This document shows, piece after piece, positions 1 through 13,211 of a stretch of 64,000 nt of DNA (positions are counted from its first letter, which is position 1; each line of letters starts with the position of its first letter). Source of the stretch: Macrostomum lignano (taxonomy: Eukaryota); the NCBI GenBank assembly GCA_002269645.1, contig NIVC01000459.1, positions 62,001-126,000 of the forward strand, written 5' to 3'. Made by a program: the position numbers and the translations under genes. Under the pieces are notes generated by a model that saw only the letters and a list, made by a program, of their open reading frames with translations, did not search any database and was not told the origin of the DNA.

Positions 1-2510
1 CTCCGTTGCAGCTGCCGAAAAACTGGATGGCGACTTCACCGCCTTCCAGAAGCCGTCGCTCTTCACTTTGTCTGTGAAACCGTGTGCAATATATACTACT
101 TATTATAATGAGAAAACAGTAGTAGAGTAAGTTTAGTAGGTTCCCCTTATTCTATCCTGTGTACTTCTAAATATACTAAATCTCTAATATTTGTACGTTT
201 GTCCATAACGCTCTAGAGATTTACTAAATTCTAAATTTCTCAGCCCTGCGCTGTGAAACAGGTGCTGTATTTCGCATTGCACTACCTACAGTAGCTTTTT
301 CCGCAAGTATCCCATCTTGGTTTTTAGGCTGGATTCCATTTAATTTATTGCGACCAAACAGGCGACCAAGTAAGCAGAAAAATTTAATTACACGTTGGGT
401 CATAAAACTTAATTGGACTCCGCAGCAGATTAGTTTTGGCCAAAATTGGAGGCGGCTCTGAGCTCTTTTCGTGGTGGAGAGGGTTGTAAGAGTCGGACCA
501 ATTTCCATTTCAATTTTTCAACCATTTTTTATAGAGCATACGGTTTATTATATGGTCAGGTACGAAAGTCCTATTTTGCGAGTTAAATCATAAAGATAAG
601 GCCTGAGGATTAGAAAAGGACCGCCTGAGGATTTGGAGGCTGCACTTTTCAAAAAAGTTCCTCTTCGAAGCGCGGATTGGAAATTTCCACGAGACGTACA
701 TCGGGTGGTGGGACGTGGGGAAATCCCCGTAGTTTTCCAAGCTTTGGTCGTCCATTTTTCTGGTCAGGCTGGCTTCATAAGACCCCGAATCGCATTCTGT
801 AGCTTTGGCTGAGGGTCTGTCTATCAAGACATTGCAATATGCTGACCGGCGCCGCAACTTCTGAGTGACAACTACAGCGGAGGTTGAGGGGGTGACTGGA
901 TAAGGAGGGATAGTACAGTGCGGGACGTTTGACCAGCAACAGCAGCTGCTGCTTTACTATAGCTAGCTTGAGTGCGAGCTGTGACCATAAGCTTATGGGC
1001 TTAGCTAAGCAGGTTTTCTTAACTGAAAAGAGCTGGGGGACCGGTAAGGAACGCATGTCGTGTAGAGAACCCATAGAGGCTTCCCTGCCATAGCGCTGAA
1101 AGGGTTTTGCCATAGACAAATCCGGTGTCTCCAGTATGCTAGCTAATTGAGTGCAATAGCAATACGACAAATATGTTTCTTACTGGCCCCAGCTTATTTC
1201 TAAGAAACCAACAAGAGTCCTAATTTAGTTGCCTATAGGTGTTTCACCACCTTATCTTATCGATGTATCACAAAATATGCGGAATATGTTTTGGCAGTCT
1301 GTCAGTGGTCTATCCCCCAGATCTCCCTGTCTGTCAGTGGTCTATCCCCCCCAGATCTCACTGTGTGTCTGTGATCTATCCCCCCAGATCTCACTGTCTA
1401 TCAGTGGTCTATCCCCCCAGATCTTACTGTGTGGCTGTGATCTATCCTCCCAGATCTCACTGTGTGTCTGTGATCTATCCCCCCAGATCTTACTGTGTGT
1501 CTGTGATCTATCCTCCCAGATCTCACTGTGTGTCTGTGATCTATCCCCCAGATCTCACTGTCTATCAGTGGTCTATCCCCCCAGATCTTACTGTGTGTCT
1601 GTGATCTATCCCCCCAGATCTTACTGTGTGTCTGTGATCTATCCTCCCAGATCTCACTGTGTGTCTGTGATCTATCCCCCAGATCTCACTGTCTATCAGT
1701 GGTCTATCCCCCCAGATCTCACTGTGTGTCTGTGATCTATCCCCCCAGATCTTACTGTGTGTCTGTGATCTATCCTCCCAGATCTCACTGTGTGTCTGTG
1801 ATCTATCCCCCAGATCTCACTGTCTATCAGTGGTCTATCCCCCCAGATCTCACTGTGTGTTTGTGATCTATCCCACCAGATCTTACTGTGTGTCTGTGAT
1901 CTATCCCCCCAGATCTCACTGTGTGTCTGTGATCTATCCCCCCAGATCTCACTGTGTGTCTGTGATCTATCCCCCCAGATCTCACTGTCTATCAGTGGTC
2001 TATCCCCCCAGATCTTACTGTGTGTCTGTGATCTATCCTCCCAGATCTCACTGTGTGTCTGTGATCTATCCCCCCAGATCTCACTGTCTATCAGTGGTCT
2101 ATCCCCCCAGATCTTACAGTCTGTCAGTGGTCTATCCCCCAGATCTCACTGTCTGTCAGTGGTCTATCCCCCCAGATCTCACAGTCTGTCAGTGGTCTAT
2201 CCCCCAGATCTCACTGTCTGTCAGTGATCTATTCCCCTAGATCTCACTGTCTGTCAGTGATCTATCCCCCAGATCTCACTGTCTGTCAGTGGTCTATCCC
2301 CAGAGAATTCACTGTTGTCTCCAAACCTAGGCTTTCTACCAAGAAAATGCAACTAAAAAAGCTGTACAATATGCTATAGGCATTCATGCAATGAAAAACT
2401 ATTGTTTCACCTTTATTGCTGCTACAACGAGTGGCACTGTTTACATGCTGGTCTGTCCGAGCACTGACTTCGGGCTCAGTGGTACATGTAGATCCGTCAG
2501 AAGATGACAT
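1..2510 (-). CDS. Possible 5' part of an unidentified spliced gene running off the left edge (exons 2411-2510 and 1-71)
   Basis: ATG at 2510 opens a 100-nt exon (MSSSDGSTCTTEPEVSAR...SSNK) ending at AAG|GTGAAA in phase 1. A GC-rich segment after TTTCACAG| at 71 continues in phase 1 (DKVKSDGFWKAVKSPSSF). No homology recognised. Confidence 0.25.
1296..2303. repeat. Minisatellite, ~31-32 bp unit (TCTATCCCCCAGATCTCACTGTGTGTCTGTGA), ~30 copies
   Basis: Direct tandem repetition. It explains the repetitive ORFs at 1229-2240. Confidence 0.95.
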
Positions 2511-3682
2511 AGTCAGTCTTTAATTTACATGTACAAACTAATGCTTTCAAATATAAATTGAGAATCTGTGTGTCTATCTGTCTTCGTTAACTCAATTCTA
2601 CCGGCTAATTTAATTCTATGACATTAATTGCTCATGTATATATATAGAAACTCGTATACATAAGACAGCTGGGTGGACAGCGCGCACACCCCCAGTCAGG
2701 GTTGAGTGTACAACTGCCGTCTGCCGCACTTGTACTTGAACCCCCCCCCCCCCCCCGAGTTCAGCAGTTCTGCACGCAGGGGGTGGGGCAGACAGGTACA
2801 CGGGCCGATGCAGAGCTATGGTACCTATTAAATAGAGGAAAACTATGAACCTCAGGGAGGCATTGGGATTTAAGTACATTGTAAGCTGCAACCAACCTGA
2901 AACTTTAAATTAAAATTAGAAACTTTAAATAGTCACGTGATTTTGGTAATGTTTAAATGAGCACATGCACCAAAATTTGTTTAGACACAAAATGACTAAA
3001 CTTCGTTGAAAATGAGCAAGAAAGGAATTCCATTCGCTTTCTTGAGAAGTCAGCAAGATAAGATAAACATTTTTTTATCGATAAAAATGATCACCAGTTT
3101 ATACAGAAAAATATTACACAGCCATAATTTACTTTTATTTACCTTGCGTTGGTTCAAAATAGGTTAATTTTTTTTTAAATATACGCTAAACTACTAATAG
3201 TAGACAAAAAGAATCTGCTCGCACAAGATTAAAAATAGTTATAATAATTATAAATTATAGTAGGCACTGGTGCTGTCTAAAGTGAACATTGGTAATTAAA
3301 ATTATCAATCTACAGTGAAAGAAGTGAACAGTCAAAAACATAGGCATCGAATTAATTATCAACAACATTAAATTATAAAAATAATATTCATTAGCACGCA
3401 ATATTTCAACAAACTTTACAACCCATTAGGCACTAGCCAAGAGCTTTCGTATTGTTTCACAGCCGCAAAAATCCACACCATTATAAGTAATAATTATGCA
3501 ATTTATGACGAAGTACACAAAAAATATGCCAATAAAACTCGAACAATCGTACATGTCAAAAAAATATTTGGAATGCTCGCAAAGTGCTACTGATATCTTT
3601 TCGTACAATAGTAGTATACAGAGATGGTGTGGCGCCGATGAGGTACATGCAGTTGCAAAAATAAACAAGGAATGATTGCTGG

Positions 3683-6600
3683 CTACAAGATTGAAGAATT
3701 CAGTCTGACTGGCCCCACCGTTAGTCGCTGTCGTTGAGTCTCAATGCTCAAATTGCGCAACTGGTCAATCTGCTCGTCCAGATCTGAGTGGCCCGAGGCT
3801 GCCGCTTCCGAGTGCTGCAAGTGGCGTCGATAGAAAAATAATTAGATGAATTTCATCACTTCTCTACTATAAGTAGGGTAGTTTGCATTATTTTTTAACG
3901 TTAAAAAAGAGACGAAAAATAGAGAAATACTGGTATTGAGAGAGAATAAAGACGCGCCCACCCCAGAGCGGTGCTCAAAGATGCCTGAGCCTCTTCAGTG
4001 CAAGCAAACAAATGCGCGCGCTTCGTAAGCGGCTGGCTTCAAGCGCTAAAAAGATTTCCCTGCTTCATAGCAGCAAACACACTCGATCTAAGCTAGCAAG
4101 TTTTCTGCAACACTCCACAAAGATAACAGAGCCTCAATTGAAGGGCAATGGCCAGCCCTATCTAGCCTAGAAGCAGAGTAGGGCAGGGCTACACGGAGAG
4201 CAAAAGCAGATAAGCCAGCAGAAAAAGCAGCGAGCAGAGGGGAGGTTGGGGTGGGCGGCAAGAGAAACGCGTGACGAGAGAAAAAGTGTGCGGGTTGGCA
4301 ACGTGAAGAAAATTCAGTATTTCTCTCTCTATCTAAAAATAGCCGAGTCCCCAGCAACTGAGCTGCATGCTATCAGCTATTTTCAATGGCTACGTCACGC
4401 CAAAATGCAGCCCAGCCCCAACAGAAACCCTGCAGCTCAATATGCTCCAATGCACAAGCTAAATGTTTGTAAAAATCATGTGCCATAAAAATCAACTGCT
4501 ACCGTAAGTTTCAACAGTAGGAAAGATTGCCGTATCGAAAGGCTGCAATTAAAAGAACTTCTCTTCTAATCAATCTAGTTTAACCGATCTGCATCGAAAC
4601 CCGATTAACTTGAATCCTATGAAAACTTATTTAGCCGATATGTATCGAAAAGCTATAGTAACTATAGAATCCCATCCGCACTAATTTAGCCGATATGTAT
4701 CGAAAAGCTATAGTAACTATAGAATCCCATGCAGACCAATTTAGCCGATATGTATCGAAAAGCTATAGTAACTATAGAATCCCAAGCAGACTAATTTAGC
4801 CGATATGTATCGAAAAGCTATAGTAACTATAGAATCCCATGCAGACCAATTTAGCCGATATGTATCGAAAAGCTATAGTAACTATAGAATCCCATGCAGA
4901 CCAATTTAGCCGATATGTATCGAAAAGCTATAGTAACTATAGAATCCCATGCAGACCAATTTAGCCGATATGTATCGAAAAGCTATAGTAACTATAGAAT
5001 CCCAAGCAGACTAATTTAGCCGATATGTATCGAAAAGCTATAGTAACTATAGAATCCCATGCAGACCAATTTAGCCGACATGTATCGAAAAGCTATAGTA
5101 ACTATAGAATCCCATGCAGACCAATTTAGCCGATATGTATCGAAAAGCTATAGTAACTATAGAATCCCAAGCAGACTAATTTAGCCGATATGTATCGAAA
5201 AGCTATAGTAACTATAGAATCCCATGCAGACCAATTTAGCCGATATGTATCGAAAAGCTGTAGTAACTATAGAATCCCAAGCAGACTAATTTAGCCGATA
5301 TGTATCGAAAAGCTATAGTAACTATAGAATCCCATGCAGACCAATTTAGCCGATATGTATCGAAAAGCTATAGTAACTATAGAATCCCATGCAGACCAAT
5401 TTAGCCGATATGTATCGAAAAGCTATAGTAACTATAGAATCCCAAGCAGACTAATTTAGCCGATATGTATCGAAAAGCTATAGTAACTATAGAATCCCAT
5501 GCAGACCAATTTAGCCGATATGTATCGAAAAGCTATAGTAACTATAGAATCCTACCCAGATTAATTTAGCCGATATGTATCGAAAAGCTATAGCAACTAT
5601 CGAATCCCAAGCAGACTAATTTAGCCGATATGTATCGAAAAGCTATAGTAACTATAGAATCCCATGCAGACCAATTTAGCCGATATGTATCGAAAAGCTA
5701 TAGTAACTATAGAATCCTACCCAGATTAATTTAGCCGATATGTATCGAAAAGCTATAGCAACTATCGAATCCCAAGTAGACTAATTTAGCCGATATGTAG
5801 CGAAAAACTATAGTAACTATAGAATCCTACCCAGATTAATTTAGCCGATATGTATCGAAAAGCTATAGCAACTATCGAATCCCATGCAGACTGATTTGGC
5901 CGATATGTATCGAAAAGCTATAGTAACTATCGAATCCCAAGTAGACTAATTTAGCCGATATGTATCGAAAAGCTAAAAAACCCACCGCTTCGGACACGAG
6001 TCCACCAAGTCGCGCCTCGCACTCGCTGAGCCGATCGCCGGCCAGGTGCTCCTGCAGCTCCTGGGTGAGCAGGTCGGTGCTGAGCCGGAGCTGCGCCGAA
6101 CCGGCCGCCATGGACGTCGACGGGGATGATGTCGACGCCGAGGAAGTCGAAGCTTCCGATGCGCCGCTGCGACGGCCGGGACGCGGCCTGAGCTGCGGCT
6201 CGCCCTCGCTGGCCAGAGGACGCGGCACCGGTGGCGGCGGCGTCTGCTGCTGCTGAGGCGCCACAGCAGGTGGCGCACGGCGCCGATAGGCGCGTCGAAA
6301 CGGTTGGCCTCGGTCGCCGATGCCTCGGCCAGGCGATGACGGCGACTCAGCCTCTTCAGCTGCGTTGGTGGCGGCGGCAGTGGCAGCGGCGGCTTCAGTG
6401 GCTGCGGAGGAGGCCGAGGCGGCGGCAGCGGCGGCCAAGCAGTCGAGGCTGATGGCGGCGCGGATCGGGCGGTCCAAGACGACGCCACTTCCACGAGACG
6501 CAGCAGCCGCCGAAGTCTTGGCGCAATTGTCCGCCATCCGGCAGTCGCCGCTGTCGTTGTCCTCCTTGACGGCGTCGCCACCTTCGCCGACGAGGCCTCG

Positions 6601-9163
6601 CAGAGCGCGGCGGCACCGGCGGCAGCAGCGGTCGCGGACGGCCTCGCGCAGCCGGTCGGATCGTTGGGCCTCGGCGCGGTCGCGCAGCTGCTGCCGAATC
6701 TGCGAGTTGGTGAGGCTCATCTGCAGCTCGTCAAGCCGGCGGAGCCGCTTCTCGTACAGCAGCCGGATGTCCGCCGCGTGGTGCAGCTCGTCGCGGCGGC
6801 GGCGCAGCAGGTCGGCCTCCAGCTTGGCCTGGAGAGTCGGCGACAGGTTGAGGAGCGAATGAGATGCGATTTTGAAGCTGAATAAAAATTTAGATCTATA
6901 AAATTTAAGACAGGTATTAATCAAAGGCTCAGTATTGATTCACAACAAAGACTCAGTATTGATTCACAACAAAGACTCAATATCGATTCACAACAAAGAC
7001 TAAATATCGATTCATTACAAAGAGCCAACATCGATTCACAACAAAGACTCAATACCTATCAATTCAGAACTTGAAGACTCAATTATTTTGCAACAAAGAC
7101 TCCGTTGATTTGAAACACAACATAAACAAAGACAAGCTCCCCATCAGCACCAACCTTAAAGTCCTCCCTCCGCACCCGGGAGGACATTGCCCTGGAAATC
7201 TCGGCGGACCAGACCTTCCGCAGCACTCTCAGATCGCCGTCAGTCAGCACCAGCAGGTCCGGCAGGCCCGATGCGGCCAGCGCGGTCACAATGCCCCGAA
7301 ATGTCGGCCGCTGGCTGGGTTCGGTGGACCAGCAGGTCTGCATGAGGCTGCCCAGCAACCCGGGCGTGTGGCCCGGCACAGGCAGGCACAAACTGCCCTG
7401 GCCAACGCCCAGCATCACAGCCCACGGATCCACGCACTTGTAGGGCACCTCCATGAACAGCAGCTCCCACAGGATGACTCCATAGCTGTACACGTCTGCC
7501 GGGTAGCTCCAGGCCTCCTGGCGACATTGCTCCGGCGACATCCAGCGCATTGTGCCGTAGAGCTGCTGCTGCTGCTGCTGTCTATGGCCAGAACCGGCCT
7601 CGTCACCTCGGTTGGGCGGCACCAATCCAAAGTCGGAGATCTTGAGCCGGTCCAGTTCGCACAGCAGGATGTTGGGGCTCTTCAGGTCGCCGTGCGGAAT
7701 CCGGCACTCGTGCAGGTAGGCCATGCCGCTGGCCAACTGGCGGGACCAGTCGGCGATGCGAGCGGCCGGCAGGCAGTCCGTGCCGACCTGAGCGCGGGTT
7801 CGAACAGGTTTGAGATAATTTTTAATTAAATGCAACTAGTCTTAAAAACAAAGTGGCACCCGGATGCTAAAATAATGTCACCTTTTTGGCTTACAAAACA
7901 TGTTTCGAAACCAGAAGAATCTCAAATGAATTTAAAAAATGCATTCTTGAATTTAGAAAAACGGCATTCAGGATTTTTAAAAATGGCATCCTGAATTTGC
8001 AATGGCATTCATGACTTGAAAAATGGCATTCAAAATTTGAAAAATGACATCTAGAATTTGCAAACGCAAAAGAACAGCCAGCAGCCCAGACTCACTGTAT
8101 AGTAATCAAACAGGTTGCCATGGGGACAGAACTCCATCAGCAAGCCGGGGCCGCCGCCGCCATCGAGGCAGGCTAAGAATTTCACCACATGCGGGTGGCT
8201 CAGGCGGCCCAGGTGGCTCAGCTCTTTCAGCGGCACCAGCAGCGCCGCGTCGGGATCGTTGAATCGTTTCAGCGCCACCTGCTGGCCGCGGTGCAGCACC
8301 AGGGTGACGGAGCCCTGACTGCCGGAGGCCAGGAACCCCAGCTCGACGACCTCGGACTCGTCGGCGCACCAGTCCGCTGCCTGCTGCCGCTGCTGGGGCT
8401 GCTTTGACGCAGGCACTGAGGGAGGGAATATGGAATGCCAACGTATTGATGTTGGAGTAAACGGCGAGAGTAACTATTACTACTTTGTGATAAGTAAATG
8501 CCTCGTCATCTAATTAGCTATAATAGGGAGCTGCAATAAGAAACTAAATCTAAAAAAACTTAAGCAGACACATAATCACGTGATCTTACCAGCAGCGGTT
8601 CGGCCAACCGCATTCCACATCGGCCGGAAACAGCCAACAATGCCTTGCCAGAAGGCTCCAGTGCCACCTCTCTGCTGTTGCTGCTGTTGTTGCAATGGAC
8701 CGCCAGCAATTGGCTGCCCAGCAACATTGCCGCACAGAGAATAAACTGAGGATGCTGGATTACAATTGTTAATCGAACCGAGCTGCATCATCTGCTGGTT
8801 CATCTGTTGCAGATGCTGCAGCATGGGAAGAGACTGGGATTGCTGCTGCTGCTGAGGATTTCCTAACGGCGAAACGGCGAGGGATGCCATGGCGGGGCCG
8901 GAGCCGTTGGAGCCGGCCGAGGAGCTCCAGCTGTCGCGCAGAGATGCAGACGATGAAGCAGATGGAGGCCAAATGGCAGCGCCTGAGAGCAGCTGCAGCT
9001 GAGAGTTAGGAAATGCGGCAGAGGGCTCCGGCTCTGTTGATGGCTCCACTTCGACATGGGATAGAGGGAGCTGCTGCTGCTGCTGCTGCTTCAGGTCGAG
9101 TTGAAGACTTGGCGAGCTGCACAGCATTGGCTGCTGATTGGTTGCCAGGCCGTTGCCAGGCAT
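3683..9163 (-). CDS. DLK: Dual leucine zipper kinase (DLK/LZK, MAP3K12/13 family), divergent. Exons 8590-9163, 8096-8415, 7155-7787, 5986-6828 and a probable last exon 3683-3814
   Basis: N-terminal FWQGIVGCFRPMWNAVG motif (cf. DLK FLEGLFGCLKPVW), then LASGSQG, VALK, HGDLKSPN, DFG, GTMRWMSPE and PYKCVDPWAVMLGVGQGSLCLPVP. The zipper LEADLLRRRRDELHHAADIRLLYEKRL resembles DLK [20 protein letters not shown]. GT-AG junctions are phase-consistent, and joining 7155 to 6828 reproduces DLK W-to-LEEEL spacing. The last exon is less certain. Confidence 0.9.
4625..5975. repeat. Intronic minisatellite, 55 bp unit (ATTTAGCCGATATGTATCGAAAAGCTATAGTAACTATAGAATCCCATGCAGACCA), ~24 copies
   Basis: Unit starts at 4684 and 4739 (55 apart). 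The array begins ~10 nt after the DLK donor at 5985. Confidence 0.95.
6922..7130. repeat. Short degenerate 24-bp tandem repeat (AAAGACTCAGTATTGATTCACAAC) in DLK intron 3
   Basis: About 7-8 degenerate copies are visible. Confidence 0.8.
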
Positions 9164-9807
9164 GCTTGTAGCATGAGAAATTTATAAGTTTTGAATACTA
9201 TATAAATATTTGGTAGTATAAAATGATTTATAATTCCAAGAAATGATAGCTGATTCACTTGTTTCAATTTAGGTCGTAGCTAGCTACTAATACTGCAATA
9301 GCTAACTATTGTAAAAAATAATATTAAATATTTCTTTTTGCTAAGAAGCTGTGCTAAAATTATCTAATAACCTTAATTTCAAAATATTTATTATTTAAAT
9401 CCAAAAAGAATAGCTACTATAAAGTATTATATCACAATGGACCAATGGTCCTAAATAAAAAGTATGATAGACTTGAGGTAGGAACAGTAGCACAACCACA
9501 TATTTGTTGAGGTGGATGGATTCTAGAGGGTTAAGACCCAAAGAGGGGGTTAGAAGGGTAGCTCTATATTTTGGTAAGATTCACTTGGTTCCCTATGCTT
9601 TTTTCTTGATTTCTATCTAAGGGAGGACAACTGCCCCCTCCCCCTGGTTATGCCACTGAGCAAGTATCTATCTTAGTAAACAAACCAAATAAAAGATATA
9701 CTTATAGCCATAATATGAACAAAAAACATAAAAGAAAATATTACTTTTAGGGGAATAGGAAAGGGGAGGATCTAGGGGGGTGTAACCCTTTTGAACAGCC
9801 AAAAACA

Positions 9808-10415
9808 CCATAGTCAAGAAGGTGTCCGTATGCAGGAATATTCCCGCATACACTTGGCCGTTAGAATCAGTTTCGGCATACAGATCTTCAGAAAACTGGC
9901 ATATCTGCATATCTGCGTACACACACAACAGAATGACAAAATCGCGTACCAATTTTACTGGCGGCATCATAACCACTGTCTGCGTATGTAAGCAAGCACT
10001 GTGACCTTTTTTTACAAATCATATTCAATCTCATTTGCATTGTATTGTATGTCTTTGCTGATTTATGGCCATTGAAAAAATTAAAGAATAATAAAAAGTA
10101 AGCAGATAATGGAAAACTATTTCTAAAGATTGTTATTTTGCACTTTTGTGAAAAAAGAATTGTTTTATTTGTTTCTGTTTTCAATTTTTTTCAAATTGTT
10201 GTGTGCAATAAAGTAGTCCATTCTTTCGTAAAATCCAATTTCAAAAACATGTACATTAAAATGTTTCGAAGTGTGGAAAAATGATATAGAAAAAGGACTT
10301 CAGCGTACAGCGTAATGTTCGAAATGAAGCTAAAAAAATTGGCGTACATTGGCGTACAGGCTTAATTTTGCCCAGAATTAGTTCCTGCGTACACTGGACA
10401 CCTTCCTGACTATGG
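9808..10415. mobile_element. MITE-like non-autonomous DNA element with ~30-bp imperfect TIRs
   Basis: Left end CCATAGTCAAGAAGGTGTCCGTATGCAGGAA; right end TTCCTGCGTACACTGGACACCTTCCTGACTATGG is its near reverse complement. No internal coding capacity. Confidence 0.7.
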
Positions 10416-11515
10416 CAATGAAGTCTGTTTTTCTCCTTAGGGGCATCCCACCCCTCCCCCTCTCGAAAGAAAATTTCCCTCCCAAGGAGTGGCCTATCTG
10501 GCCCTATCCTGCCAAAGAAAATTTCTGGCTATACACCTAACCTGATTGCTTTTTCAAATTCAAAAAGTTAGGTTTTAGTTCTTATTTATATATAGGCCTA
10601 GCTATTAGGCTTACTAAAGAAAATATTTTTATGACTAAAAATATGTGAAACCTTCAGTTCAGAACATAAGAGAACTTAACTAACTACTATTACTAAAGAC
10701 AAAGTCAAAGACAAAGACTATCTGTATCTTTGAAAACAATATAAAAATAATTAAAGTCACAGCATACTTAGGGCCTATTTAGAAATTATTATACAAAGTG
10801 GGTTAACAAAATACGACTATAATAAAATGATAATTGTCAACTTTATATTTCTGCATAAAACATCTATAAAACATTACTTTTAAGACCTAAGTCAATACAT
10901 TGTCATTATAATACATTATTAAGCACAAGCAGTTGGACACAACACAATTATAGGCGAAATTCAAGTAAGCCAGAAAAAATTGTCTACGTATTTAATAATT
11001 GATTCTGAGTTTATTGAGTACACAACCAGTCCAACAGACGGAATTCGAATTGCTACTTTATAGACCTATTTGATCCTAATCGTATTTTAGATTTTTAAGG
11101 AAAGGCAATGGAATGCAAACTGTTGTTGCCAAAAATAGTAACCAAAACACTAGCATACATCAAACACTTTGTAAAATAGATAACTGACTGTCTTTTTTGC
11201 TTTTCAAATTCCATTTTTTGTATACAAACTCGAGAGTTTTGGCTAAAAATGCATAGATTTTTATACGTTTGTTTAATTTTTTTTTCGTTTACTAAAATAC
11301 ATCCGCACAGCACATAAATGTAGAAACTGAAGAATGAATGTTGTTGAATAAAGAAAGTATTCTGCAACCCTAAAACTATGATTGATGAATAACTGATGTA
11401 TGCGAGCTAGGAAACTATTTACCGAGTGATCGAGGCAGAGCAGGGATGATGAGTCTGCACAAATTACATGTACATTGCATGGTTCATATGACATCTATAT
11501 CAAATTTCATATTCA

Positions 11516-11770
11516 CAGGCTGTGGGAACTCTGGCGCAACGCCTTTGGCAACATCATCCCACAACCAGCGCTGAGGCATTTTTCTGCCTTTTATAGTGAC
11601 ACCTGAGCACATACAAGCGCGCCAATACTGTAAAGCAGGCATGCATTCACTCATGCAATGTACTGCACGCTCAACACAGGGTACGTGTACAACAGCCCTT
11701 AACTGTCAGGCAAGTACACTCTCTATACCTTGGGGGGTTTTGGCCCGCATTGGTGTGAATCGCACGACAC
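11516..11770. mobile_element. Dispersed repeat family copy 1 (related copies at 30317-30485 and 52432-52660)
   Basis: Shared blocks CAGG..CTGGCGCAAC..ACAACCAGCGCTGA..CCTGAGCA..ACAAGC..GTGTACA..CCTTGGGGG are present in three places in the same orientation. Confidence 0.65.
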
Positions 11771-12167
11771 CCTCTGGCCAATTTTTGTTCCTAAGCCTGG
11801 AAAATGAATGTATACATGTGGTGTTTTCGGGCGAAATGGAGCGAGGGAAGTATATGTCTCTCCTGCATTTAATTTTGAAATAAATGGTAAAATAATTTTT
11901 TCAGTTGGAATTTACATGCACATCTACAAACGCCACATTAGGGTTTTGTAAATGTACATTTAGGTTTCGTAGTTGTTTTGTAGGTACTTTATTAATTATT
12001 CATCCATTATGACGAGACAAAATATTGTAAAAGAAAATTTACTTTTTTGATCAGATATAACTGTAAATGTATTTTTGAGAAAGTTATTTAATATCAACGC
12101 CAACATCTCCAACTTTTACATTGCTAAACCAGTATATATTAATTATTATACTGGTTATTATAAACTT

Positions 12168-12225
12168 GACTTGACTTGACTTAGCTGCAGGGGGCGTCCG
12201 GCGGATGCAGCGAGGAGGCGGATCC
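12168..12225 (-). mobile_element. Possible 5'-truncated LINE/SINE 3' end with an (AAGTC)n tail
   Basis: A GC-rich 40-bp body is followed on the minus strand by AAGTCAAGTCAAGTCAAG in an AT-rich background. Confidence 0.3.
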
Positions 12226-12389
12226 TATATAAATTATTGTAAACTATTATAATTATTATAAACTACTGAGCAACAGGATCTGCAGCACAGGACCATTGCC
12301 GCTATAGGCCTTTACAAAACCCTTTACATATATTATAAAAACATAACTAAAACTAACTTTCTATATGATTTAGTGATAGAGTTCAGTGA

Positions 12390-12545
12390 CTGAAATAAGT
12401 GACAGAGATCAGAAACAGAGATCAGTTACAGTGATAAGTGACAGAGATCAGAAACAGAGATCAGTGATAGAGATCAGTGACAGATCAGTGACAAAGATCA
12501 CTGATAGAGATCAGTAACGGAGATCAGTGACAGAGATTAGTGATC
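12390..12545. repeat. Degenerate ~12-bp tandem repeat (CAGAGATCAGTGA)
   Basis: Direct repetition is visible. Confidence 0.75.
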
Positions 12546-12782
12546 AAATACGCACTTGCATACAGTATAATGGCCCCATCTTACAACAGTCGCTCAAGCA
12601 CCTTGAGCATTGACTCATACAGTTAACTGTCAATGGGCGTAGCCATCGGTTAATGGTTTATACATGTAGGTGGACAAAGCGAAAGATTTTTAGTAGCCAA
12701 AGGGTGTTTAGCAAATAATTATTTCTTGCTCCATAGGAGGAGCTCGTGAAGACTCTGCCAGCACCGGCAGCTGAGCTATGAG

Positions 12783-13142
12783 CACTACCGCATTGAAATC
12801 GCTGAAATTAAAATTCAGCTTCAAGACGGGCAACATTCAATGCTGCTCTAGGTCATTCGGCTGCTGAGTTATGGCTCACTAAGTGACGAGGTCCAAGAAG
12901 GTGACTTGTCACCTTGCGATTTACGTCTTATTAAAAGTCATATTAAGAGAGAGATTTGTCTATGGTATAAATAAGTGGGAGTAATAAGTCATAAATGGTA
13001 ATGGTAATAAATGGTAATAAATCACTTAATGAGCCACAACTCAGCAACGGAATGACATAGAGAAGCTATTTAACACTCAGCTGAAGCATTTAATGATGCT
13101 CCTTAAGCTGAGTTTAATTTCAGCGATTTTAATGCGGTAGTA
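12783..13142. mobile_element. Foldback/MITE with ~110-125 bp inverted arms (CACTA-like left end)
   Basis: 12783-12890 (CACTACCGCATTGAAATCGCTGAAATT...GCTGAGTTATGGCTCACTAAGTGA) is the reverse complement of 13022-13142 with scattered mismatches and one indel. Confidence 0.8.
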
Positions 13143-13211
13143 AACAGTTGTACACAAGCAATTACTGTCTTAACAGACAGTCCTTGCAGTAATATCTAGA
13201 AAAGTTTCGCA

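Noticed and set aside
588-1170. Short minus-strand ORFs; one fragment is vaguely reminiscent of a retroelement integrase C-terminus
   Set aside because: No recognisable motif set, multiple stops, and similarity too weak to call.
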